From Candidatus Helarchaeota ASGARD archaeon Hel_GB_B (GTDB taxonomy: Archaea > Asgardarchaeota > Lokiarchaeia > Helarchaeales > HEL-GB-B), in assembly GCA_005191425.1 (NCBI GenBank), contig SUPR01000038.1, positions 1 to 29,198 of the forward strand: a stretch of 29,198 nucleotides of DNA, written 5' to 3'. Each line of letters starts with the position of its first letter. Position 1 is the first letter of the stretch. Below, piece after piece: positions 10,299 through 19,279 of the stretch. A program made the translations under genes and the position numbers. Below the pieces are notes generated by a model. The model saw only the letters and a program-made list of their open reading frames with translations. It ran no database searches and was not told the DNA's origin.

Positions 10299-10487
10299 TG
10301 CCTTATACGAAACAAAAAGTCAAAAATAGCCAGTCCATGAATTTTATGTTTATTAATTTTTGGCTTGAATAATTAAAAACATTTATTATTTAATCTAATT
10401 CCGGCCAAATTTTCAATTTTTAATGAAAATAAAGATGAGTTAATTAAGCATTTAATCGATTTTAAAAAAAGAGAGATAAAACTGAAG

Positions 10488-13052
10488 TTAAACTACATTA
10501 CAGAATTCTGTTCTTTCTATTATATCATCTTGAATTCTTTTGCCAAGTCTGACAAAGTATGCAGCGTATCCTGAAACTCTTACAATCAGATCTTCATAAT
10601 TTTCGGGATGTTTTTGTGCATCCTTCAAGGTATCTGAGTCTATAATATTAAATTGAATATGATATCCTCCCATATCAAAATAAGACAGGATTAAAGATTC
10701 TAATGTCTCAACACCCTTCTCTGAATTAAGTAATAATGCAGGAAATTTCATATTTAATGAATTTCCAAATCCAATTTTTGTATGATCAATTTTTGCAAGA
10801 GAATTGAGCGTAGCTGTTGGTCCATTAGTTTCTGCGCCATTACTGGGTGAAATACTGTTTGAAAAAGGTTCTCCAGCTTTTCTTCCATCTGGGGTTGCCG
10901 GTTCAAGCGCTCCCTCGTAGACATTAAGTCCATAAGAAATAAAGCTGCTTTTAAAGTGTCCACCTCTTCTTAACTTCCGATGAAAGACCATATCTGAAAA
11001 TTTATCTACAAGTTCTACAGCAATAGAATCTACATAATCATTATCATTACCAAATTTAGGTCCATTTCTAAGCTTTTGCATGAGTATTTCATTATTTTTA
11101 AAATTATTTTTAATTGCATGGACTAGGTCCTTCATCTTAACCGACTTTTCATCATAAACAAATTTTTTAATTGCTGCTAACGAATCTACAGCGGTTGCTA
11201 GTCCACCACCACCCACAACACCAAATTTATAAAGTGCCCCTCCTGCTGTCATATCTTTGGCGTTTTCAATACAACCATCAATTGTACATGAAATTAATGG
11301 GTTATGATACTTTTCTGCCCAAATATCATCTCTTATGTTTGTTGCTTTAGTACATATTGATACCACATGTTTCATTTGTTTATAATAAGCGTCCATAAAT
11401 TCATCAAAACTTTTGAACTGTGTGGGATCTCCAGTATCTATTGTATCAAAATTTCCAAAAAAGGTAGTCCTTCCACGATTAAAAATTAAATCAATTATCG
11501 TTGGAAAATATTCTTTTGATCCACCTGTCGCACCAAAAGTATCACCATTACCATTAGGTTCAACACAACCAACAATACAATAATCCCTTGCTGCTTCGAG
11601 TGAGTATCCATCTCTCATTAATGCTTTAACAGTAATTTCATCGTTGAAGAACGCAGGACCATTGGTGTGTTTATGGAGCTCGACAATTTTTCTAATATAT
11701 TCTTTTGGGGATGTCTTTGAAATTCTAAAAGAGACCGAAGTCGCCAATTTTGTATTTCTAACGGCATCAATAAATAAATATGTTAATTCGTTTACAGCAT
11801 CGTTTCCATTTTTATCTATACCACCAAGAGTTATGTTCTCAATATCTGAACCTAAGTGGTTTAAATTTACACCCATAATATTTGGCCAAATTACTACATT
11901 GTTATTAATTTTTATAATAAATTCTTCAATAAGCCTAAGTGCTTCGATTTCCGTAATTTTACCAGATTCAATATCCTTTTTATAAAACGGATATAATAAT
12001 TGGTCGACTCTACCAGGTGTTATACCACTTCCTGCTCCATAACTTATAATTACAGCATTTTGAGTAAACCATAAAGATTGTAAAGCTTCATAAAATGATT
12101 CTGGTGGATTCCAAGGTACTTTTTTACAAATATTTGATATTTCCTGAAGCTCTTTCCTTCTTTCGAGGTCTTTTTCAGTTCTAGACTTTATTTCGGCCAG
12201 GTTGGAAAATCGATCACTAAAATTTTTAATGGCATTACAAACTATTTCAACAGATTTAAGAAAATTTATTTCGTCATCATTTGAGGCAGTTTTTAGTCTT
12301 ATCAAAGCTTTTTCTTTAATTCCTTTAAATCCATATTTGAGGACATTTTTATGACCAACAACTATATGGGCTTGTGTATCTATACAACGTCCTCTACCTT
12401 TAATATTATCAGCAGATCCTCCTTTTATGGCTTCTATCATACTTGGAAGTTTGATTATTAATTTTAATATGTTTTCATACTTTTTTAACTTGGCTTTTAA
12501 CCCTTTATTTGTATTCGTTATTGAATTTTCTCTTTTAATCATAGAAATAAAATTATTTAAATCAAAAGCATGTAATTTTCTCAAAATTTCCTTTAAACTC
12601 AAATTTAATTTACTACTTATCCCCGCTTTTTCAAATCTAGAAATTTTAATATCTCTTACTGTTTTTCCCTTCCAATAAGGTAAGATTTTTTTGAATAATA
12701 ATTTTTCATCTTCTGGAGATATAATATATCCGAATTTTTTTAAATCTGGTAAGAGGTATTTTAAGACATAATTAATATCACCCCTTTCAGGAGCAAATGG
12801 AGGTGCAATAAAGTGTGACGCCCTATTTCCAACAAGCTTTTCTTCATCATATATTTTTATAGTCATATTCTCAAAGGTCTTTTTAAGAGCTTTTGCGGCT
12901 TGAATTGATGGATGTTCTCCTTCTGTTTCTTGATATGATTCTGTATAATATTTTGCTCTTTCCATACATAACCAATGAGGTGATGTTAACAATCGCTTCT
13001 TATGGATTTTATTTTTGGGGTGTAATTCTGGTGAGACTATTAATGATTTCAT
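10488..13052 (-). CDS. Glycyl radical enzyme (PFL2/glycerol-dehydratase-like superfamily), substrate unknown
   Basis: C-terminal Gly loop LIVRVSGY, single-Cys loop IVGCVEP, GRVDQLLYP, ERAKYYTESY N-terminal motif. Confidence 0.93.
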   Translation of the reverse strand: MKSLIVSPELHPKNKIHKKRLLTSPHWLCMERAKYYTESYQETEGEHPSIQAAKALKKTFENMTIKIYDEEKLVGNRASHFIAPPFAPERGDINYVLKYLLPDLKKFGYIISPEDEKLLFKKILPYWKGKTVRDIKISRFEKAGISSKLNLSLKEILRKLHAFDLNNFISMIKRENSITNTNKGLKAKLKKYENILKLIIKLPSMIEAIKGGSADNIKGRGRCIDTQAHIVVGHKNVLKYGFKGIKEKALIRLKTASNDDEINFLKSVEIVCNAIKNFSDRFSNLAEIKSRTEKDLERRKELQEISNICKKVPWNPPESFYEALQSLWFTQNAVIISYGAGSGITPGRVDQLLYPFYKKDIESGKITEIEALRLIEEFIIKINNNVVIWPNIMGVNLNHLGSDIENITLGGIDKNGNDAVNELTYLFIDAVRNTKLATSVSFRISKTSPKEYIRKIVELHKHTNGPAFFNDEITVKALMRDGYSLEAARDYCIVGCVEPNGNGDTFGATGGSKEYFPTIIDLIFNRGRTTFFGNFDTIDTGDPTQFKSFDEFMDAYYKQMKHVVSICTKATNIRDDIWAEKYHNPLISCTIDGCIENAKDMTAGGALYKFGVVGGGGLATAVDSLAAIKKFVYDEKSVKMKDLVHAIKNNFKNNEILMQKLRNGPKFGNDNDYVDSIAVELVDKFSDMVFHRKLRRGGHFKSSFISYGLNVYEGALEPATPDGRKAGEPFSNSISPSNGAETNGPTATLNSLAKIDHTKIGFGNSLNMKFPALLLNSEKGVETLESLILSYFDMGGYHIQFNIIDSDTLKDAQKHPENYEDLIVRVSGYAAYFVRLGKRIQDDIIERTEFCNVV

Positions 13053-13526
13053 TTTTATTCTATAATTAATATATACAGAAAATATTTTTAATTTATTTAT
13101 GATCTACTCCGAAAATTTGTAAAATATAAAATTTTTATTTTAAATAATTAAATAACGTATTTTTAGAATTTAAATAAATATAACAAATTATTGGTTTAAT
13201 TGGTCCCAATAATGCACCAATTTTAAGGATTATATTTAGTAATTATTTCATTTTTTCTATATATGATTTAAAATTAGATTTTCGAAATTAAAATTAGATT
13301 ATAAAATATTATAAAAAATTATATTAAAAATTCTAACTATCTTTTTAATATAAGAACGAACATAGATATAAAATAAGTAATAATACTAATTTTAAGTTTT
13401 AAATAAAATCTACAATTTACTTTTTACCAAAAACCAAGATAACATTTATAATTTTAGCCAGACAAAAGATTTTTTAATTTAATTAGTCTATTTTAAATTA
13501 AAGTTTAAGAATTTATAACAAATAGC

Positions 13527-14765
13527 ATGGAAGTAAATTTATTGAAAAAAGATATGGATTTTTTTTCCGATTTCCAAATAGAAAAGTGTAACATTTGTGG
13601 GAAATGCTTCAATGAATGTCCAGTTCTAAAATTACCCATAGATGAATCTATTGCTGAAATGAAACGTATTTTAGCTGGGAATGAAACTAAAGTTGTTTTA
13701 CAAAAATGCCAGAGTTGTTTTTATTGTAATTTAATTTGTCCAAATGGTGCAAATCCAGCTCAATTAATATTGCATAGGTGGTATCAATATTATCAAAAAA
13801 ATGGGCTACCAATGTGGGCTAAGTATTATAATACATTAGATAATCCAAATTTCAGAAGTTATACATTAGCAATGCGTGGAATTCCAAAAGATGAACGCAA
13901 ATTATATGAAAAATGGAAAAATTTAGACCCCGTAAAAGGGACATATTGTTATCCTGGTTGTAATGTATATACTGCTGCATATTTAACAGAAACTAGTTTA
14001 TTTAAGGACCTAGAAATACGTTATTCATTGGATTTCTGTTGTGGCGAAACATTTTATAGGACTGGTTTATTTGATCAAGTTAAAGACCAGACCCAACGAT
14101 TAAATAAATATTTTAATAAATTGGGAGTTAAAGATATGGTCGTTTTATGCACTGCAGGTACTAATGTCTTTAAAAATATTTTACCTCGATTTGGTGCAAA
14201 ATTCGATTTTCCTATTAAGTCATATTTAGATTATTTATGGGAAAAAATAGAAAATGGTGAAATTAAATTAAAAAGGCAAATATTAAAAGGGATAAAGGTT
14301 ACAATCCAAGATTCTTGTTATTCTAAATTTTTTGGTGAAAATTATATTAATATACCAAGAAAAATACTAGAAAAATTAGGCGCCACTATTGTTGAAATGA
14401 AGAATTCCCGCGAATGCACAATCTGCTGCGGTATTGCAGGCGGATTTAGCCCATATTCTGGATATTTTCCTCTTGACCTAATAAGAGCAACACTTTCTAG
14501 GCTTAGAAATGCAAAGAAGACTGGAGCAAAAATGCATGTGGTGTATTGTGCTGGATGCCTACAAATGTTTTATGTAGTAAAATTACTTTATCCACCAGCA
14601 TTGCCAGTATATCATATTATTGAATTACTTCAATTATCTATCGGAGAAACCCCCAAAAGAAGAGAATTCAGGCGAGCTATTTCATTTTTTCTTGGGATCA
14701 TAATAAAACAATTTCCTTTACTTTTATCAAGGAAAAGGTATAGATTACCTAAAATCCCACATTAA
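13527..14765 (+). CDS. HdrD/GlpC-like Fe-S oxidoreductase subunit (4Fe-4S dicluster plus CCG domains), paralog 1
   Basis: CNICGKCFNECP, CQSCFYCNLICP; YPGC, FCCG, QDSC, ICCG, YCAGC. Confidence 0.88.
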   Translation: MEVNLLKKDMDFFSDFQIEKCNICGKCFNECPVLKLPIDESIAEMKRILAGNETKVVLQKCQSCFYCNLICPNGANPAQLILHRWYQYYQKNGLPMWAKYYNTLDNPNFRSYTLAMRGIPKDERKLYEKWKNLDPVKGTYCYPGCNVYTAAYLTETSLFKDLEIRYSLDFCCGETFYRTGLFDQVKDQTQRLNKYFNKLGVKDMVVLCTAGTNVFKNILPRFGAKFDFPIKSYLDYLWEKIENGEIKLKRQILKGIKVTIQDSCYSKFFGENYINIPRKILEKLGATIVEMKNSRECTICCGIAGGFSPYSGYFPLDLIRATLSRLRNAKKTGAKMHVVYCAGCLQMFYVVKLLYPPALPVYHIIELLQLSIGETPKRREFRRAISFFLGIIIKQFPLLLSRKRYRLPKIPH

Positions 14766-14780
14766 GCCGGTGCGAATAAA

Positions 14781-16130
14781 ATGAAAGAATTTGTTTTAAA
14801 TGATTTTTTTGATATAGACAAATGTGATCAATGTGGTATTTGTCTAAATAAGTGTCCAGTACTCTTATACCCTATTGAAAAAGCAAAAATAGAAATAAAA
14901 AAATTAATTAATTTAGAAAAAGCCGAAGTAATTTTGAAATGTCACAGTTGTTTTAGCTGTAATCTATATTGCGACAAAAATTGCAACCCATATAATTTAA
15001 TTTTATTTAATTTTTATACCAGATATGTAGAAAAAGGCATCTCACCAATAGCAAAACTTGTCCTTCCAAATGAGAAATATAATTTATGGACAGGACTTGA
15101 GTTTCTATTCTCTAAAAACGAAAATGAAATAATAAATAATTGGGATAAAGAGTTTACTAAACAATTTTTATTAATGGGCTGTTTCACTCAATTCTTTCCA
15201 TATTTAACCGAGAGTAATATTATTAAAGATATCAAAAAACGAGGCACAGAAAAACTTTGGTGTAATGGTGGGCATATCTATCAATTAGGGTTGTTAGACA
15301 TTGTAGACCAAATAGGCAATATGACAATCAATGAATTTAAAAGAAAGAAGGTCGAAAAAATAATTACTTTTATGGAAGCAGAATATTCAATGATTAAAAA
15401 TATACTACCCAGATTTGGACACAAAATTGATATTGAATTAGAAACGTTATCTCAATACCTTTTAAAAGAAATAAAAAATAATGACCTTAAACTTACAAAA
15501 AGATTAAAAAGTAAAGTCACAATCCACGATAATTGTTTCTCTAAAAGTTTGGGCAGTGAATCTTGGGATACAAACAGGCAAATATTGAACGAACTAGGTC
15601 TAAAGATTATTGAAATGGAACATAATAAAGAAAATGCGACTTGTTGTGGCTTTGGAGCAGCCTCATATAGTTTTAATGTCCTTGACATTATGAAACAATC
15701 TTATATACGCTTAAAAGAAGCCGAATCCACAGGTGCCAAAGCATTAATAGTTTATTGTAGTGCGTGTCTGTTTATTTTTTCTGTAGCCAAAGAATTATTA
15801 AATATTAAGCTTCCTATATTCCATATTTTTGAGCTAGTTCAATTTGCTACTGGTGAGACCCCCAAGCATAATCAATCAAAAAGGTCATGGGATATAATTT
15901 CAATTTTCACCGTTCAGATGCTTTTAAACCTATTTTCAAAAAATTTTAAAATAAAAACCATTGATTCTAATAAAACATGGAGTTTTTCATCAATATTAAA
16001 ATTTAAAATACTTAAATTGTTAAATAAATTGTTTCATTTTCGAATGGTAAGAATTTTCTACTCAAAATTATTTAAAATACTATTAAAATTATATAATAAT
16101 ACAGATATTCCTTTAGTACTCTTATTCTAA
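14781..16130 (+). CDS. HdrD/GlpC-like Fe-S oxidoreductase subunit, paralog 2, with long hydrophobic/basic C-terminal tail
   Basis: CDQCGICLNKCP, CHSCFSCNLYC; HDNC, TCCG, YCSAC; first CCG degenerate (WCNGG); 15 nt after paralog 1. Confidence 0.88.
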   Translation: MKEFVLNDFFDIDKCDQCGICLNKCPVLLYPIEKAKIEIKKLINLEKAEVILKCHSCFSCNLYCDKNCNPYNLILFNFYTRYVEKGISPIAKLVLPNEKYNLWTGLEFLFSKNENEIINNWDKEFTKQFLLMGCFTQFFPYLTESNIIKDIKKRGTEKLWCNGGHIYQLGLLDIVDQIGNMTINEFKRKKVEKIITFMEAEYSMIKNILPRFGHKIDIELETLSQYLLKEIKNNDLKLTKRLKSKVTIHDNCFSKSLGSESWDTNRQILNELGLKIIEMEHNKENATCCGFGAASYSFNVLDIMKQSYIRLKEAESTGAKALIVYCSACLFIFSVAKELLNIKLPIFHIFELVQFATGETPKHNQSKRSWDIISIFTVQMLLNLFSKNFKIKTIDSNKTWSFSSILKFKILKLLNKLFHFRMVRIFYSKLFKILLKLYNNTDIPLVLLF

Positions 16131-16300
16131 GTCATTAACATTTAAAATTCCCATATATAATCTGTTTATATTTTAAGCTCTTTTATTTTTTTAAGTACAT
16201 TTCCACTTAAATTCATAATTTTATTAACAATTATAAATTTATATATCAAAAAGTTTAATATTGATTAATTTATTTATGCAATTCTAATAGAGGGTTTAAG

Positions 16301-17071
16301 ATGTACTCTTTTACGTTTAGCCTAATGAAAAATGCTAAAATTGAAAATGTGAGAATCAAGAAACGACCTTATATTTTTAGAGGAGTTTTTATGAATTTAT
16401 TATCTAAAATTGACTCTTCATTGGTAGACTCTCTTCATGTTCCAAATAAAATACGGCCATATTCTATTAAATTGTTATATTCTGAAAATGGCATCGAATT
16501 TATTTTAAACATTTTTAACCAAGATTTATCGGAACAGATATTACTGCATATTCTTGAAATGAAGGAGCAAGAATTAAACATTGGTGGTACTGATTTTATT
16601 ATCAAAAATATAAAATTAGAAACAAAAAAAATTAGTAATTTTATCAAAAATTCATATCGGATAATAAAATTTGAAATTCAGTTTAAAACTCCAACTTATT
16701 TCCAGAAGAAAGGTTCAGAAATGACAATTCGTTTTCCTAGCCCTCTGTCCATATTTACCAATTTAGCTCATTTATGGAACCAATTTGCTACTGGAGATTC
16801 TCACTTGGACTTTACAGATTTTTATGATTGGGTGGATAAAAATATTTACCTTACAAGTTATAAGCTAAAAACACAAACAATCGACATCGGGAAAAAGTCT
16901 AGACCTGTTGGTTTTATTGGATGGGCAAAATTCGTCAATTTAGATCCTAATAATGGGTTCTCAAATTGGATTGATGCTTTATGCAGATTTGGTGCTCTGA
17001 CTAATTTAGGAGGAAATAGAACAGCTGGTTGTGGAATGATAGAATATTCCCCAATAGAATTCCATGTTTAA
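16301..17071 (+). CDS. cas6: CRISPR-associated endoribonuclease Cas6, stand-alone
   Basis: LH...RPYS N-terminal motif, FKTPTYF...FPSPLSIF..L..LWNQF, GFIGW, C-terminal G-rich loop NLGGNRTAGCG; GAGGGT RBS upstream. Confidence 0.88.
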   Translation: MYSFTFSLMKNAKIENVRIKKRPYIFRGVFMNLLSKIDSSLVDSLHVPNKIRPYSIKLLYSENGIEFILNIFNQDLSEQILLHILEMKEQELNIGGTDFIIKNIKLETKKISNFIKNSYRIIKFEIQFKTPTYFQKKGSEMTIRFPSPLSIFTNLAHLWNQFATGDSHLDFTDFYDWVDKNIYLTSYKLKTQTIDIGKKSRPVGFIGWAKFVNLDPNNGFSNWIDALCRFGALTNLGGNRTAGCGMIEYSPIEFHV

Positions 17072-17305
17072 AACAATTAAATTTTTAATAATGAAATAAA
17101 TACAACAAAAATTTTAAAACATAACCAAACTATTCTTAAAGTCTTATTTATCTATATCAATTAAATCAATAATATTTTAAAATTTTTTATAAAAATAAAG
17201 CGTTTTTTAATATATATAAGAAAAATATATGTTTAGAATGTTCTGTTATAATCATTGAAAAAAATAATATGATAATTTATTAAATTTTATCGTAGATTAT
17301 TTAAT

Positions 17306-18013
17306 TTATTCTATTTTTATTGTAATTGGTGGAAATGTCCAGAACGATACTCCTTCTTTTCCTTCAAATTCAAAATTTGAAGTATACGGTACAAACTTAT
17401 AAAATCCTGAAGGTGCCGTTAGATTAAAATTATGCGTAAATTCCATTTTTTCACCAACTGCAACTTCAAATTGTTCTTTTTGCTCAAGTTCTGGGCCTGA
17501 GAAATCTCCAAGCTCGTTTCCAAAAAGATCTTCAATTCTAAAACCTGTTGCAAATTCATTTAATTTATAAAACACAATTTTAGAATCACTTGTATTAATA
17601 ATTTGAAGTATACAGACTCCACCAACCTCTTTATCTTGATTCTTTTTCGTCTCGCCTTTAAAACTAGTCCCTTGTTTCCAAAAATACCTTAAAATTATAC
17701 CTGAACTATCTATAAATTCTCTTACGACATTGTATCCACTAACCGAATTTTCAGAAACAAATGATAAATATCCATCACCGGATTTCTTAATATTTGCAAT
17801 AATTTTATCACTAAATGATTCATCTCTATCATATCTATCAATTATATCTGAAAAATCTAATCCAGGCTCTATGTCAAAAACTATTTCATTGAGTTCATCC
17901 GACTTTTCTGGCTCCAAATCTTTAATATATATCGGAGTAAACCCAAAACCTTTCATATCTGTCGTAACTTTACTGTCCAAATCTAATTTTTTACTACTTA
18001 TTAATAGAAACAT
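17306..18013 (-). CDS. Hypothetical acidic protein, C-terminal half beta-strand-rich
   Basis: 235-aa ORF with ATG start and GAGGA RBS upstream on the minus strand; no family recognised. Confidence 0.75.
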   Translation of the reverse strand: MFLLISSKKLDLDSKVTTDMKGFGFTPIYIKDLEPEKSDELNEIVFDIEPGLDFSDIIDRYDRDESFSDKIIANIKKSGDGYLSFVSENSVSGYNVVREFIDSSGIILRYFWKQGTSFKGETKKNQDKEVGGVCILQIINTSDSKIVFYKLNEFATGFRIEDLFGNELGDFSGPELEQKEQFEVAVGEKMEFTHNFNLTAPSGFYKFVPYTSNFEFEGKEGVSFWTFPPITIKIE

Positions 18014-18439
18014 AATTAATTATCCTCTTACTTGATATTATTTTATTTTTCACTATATATAATATCAAAATTTAAGACCTTTTTAACATTTTTGGATAAA
18101 TTGGCAAATATAAATTAAATTTATATAATTTTTATATTATTTGACAAGTAAATTTTTAATTTAATAATTAATAATTCCTTCATTGCTTATAATTTGATCA
18201 AAAATCTATAATTTGTAATTCTAATCTTTAATATTCTAAAGTTTTACGTTTTATTATATTATAGATTAAAATAAATTAACCAAAATTTTATGTTCATAAA
18301 AAATCAGAAATATTCTAAAGAATAAATTAAAAATTAACAATACTATTTAAATTAATTACAATAAATTTTTATATGATTTAAATAAAAGAAACTAAGAATA
18401 ACTTAACAAAAAAATGATATTGATAGGTTTAGATTTAAA

Positions 18440-18802
18440 ATGAGTTTAGTGGACGAAGCAAAAAAGGTATTAACTGAACTTGGAGAAAAAGTTAATATTC
18501 TTGGATCGGCAGTTATACGCACAAATGGGCTAATGATTGTTTCATCACTCCCTAGTGAATCGAATGAACGAATGATTGCTGCTATGAGTGCGGCATTATT
18601 GGGAACTTCAAAAAGAACCGCTGAAGCATTATTTAATGGCAATTTTAGAAGTTTAAATTTAGAAATTGATAAAGGTAATATGTTTTTAATTGGCGCCGGT
18701 AAAGTAATCTTAGTTGTTTTAACTGATGTTGCGCCTAATGTAGGTTTAATAACATTAGAAATGGAATCCGCAAGTGAAAAATTAAGTAAAATATTTGGGT
18801 GA
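18440..18802 (+). CDS. Roadblock/LC7 (MglB-like) domain protein
   Basis: SAVIRTNGLMIVS...IAAMSAALLGTS..TAEAL...LEIDKGNMFLIGAG..ILVVL...NVGLI pattern; 120 aa. Confidence 0.92.
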   Translation: MSLVDEAKKVLTELGEKVNILGSAVIRTNGLMIVSSLPSESNERMIAAMSAALLGTSKRTAEALFNGNFRSLNLEIDKGNMFLIGAGKVILVVLTDVAPNVGLITLEMESASEKLSKIFG

Positions 18803-18809
18803 TTTAAAA

Positions 18810-19268
18810 ATGTCTGAGCAATTAAAATTTATTGCAAGCATGTTCAAGATGTGTATGAGCGAATTTGATATGGTTATGGGCCCTGAGACCATTATGACAA
18901 TTTTCCGTCTTATTGGTGAACGTCAAGGAGAAGCTATTGAAAAAAGAATGCGAGAAAAATTCAATGTTAAAGAATGGACTCCTTCTGATTTTGCAAATTA
19001 TATAGTAAAAGATGTTTTTGAACCAGCTTTAGGTGAAGGTGGTGCTGAAGTCATAGTTTCAAGTGATAATGAGCTTATAATAAAATTCAAAATTTGTCCA
19101 TTTGAAAAAGCAGGTATTGACATATCTAAAAAATTTTATTGTACTTATACCGAAGGTTTAACAGAAAATTCAGCAAAAAAAGCATTTGGGGATGCGGAAA
19201 TTATAAGCGAGGACTTAAAATCTAATGGCGCGCCTATTTGTACTATTAAAATTAAAATTAAACAATGA
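18810..19268 (+). CDS. V4R-like / methanogen output domain 1-like protein
   Basis: GERQG helix, FKICPF, FYCTYTEG and GAPICTIKI Cys pattern. ATG 18810 preferred over TTG 18795 because GGGTGA lies at 18797-18802. Confidence 0.7.
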   Translation: MSEQLKFIASMFKMCMSEFDMVMGPETIMTIFRLIGERQGEAIEKRMREKFNVKEWTPSDFANYIVKDVFEPALGEGGAEVIVSSDNELIIKFKICPFEKAGIDISKKFYCTYTEGLTENSAKKAFGDAEIISEDLKSNGAPICTIKIKIKQ

Positions 19269-19279
19269 TTGAATGAAAA

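Noticed and set aside
16131-17305. CRISPR array or leader beside cas6
   Set aside because: No repeated 24-40 bp unit with spacers in either flank or elsewhere in the window by eye.
18286-18301. Palindrome TTTTATG-TT-CATAAAA upstream of the roadblock operon
   Set aside because: Almost entirely A/T; likely by chance at this composition.
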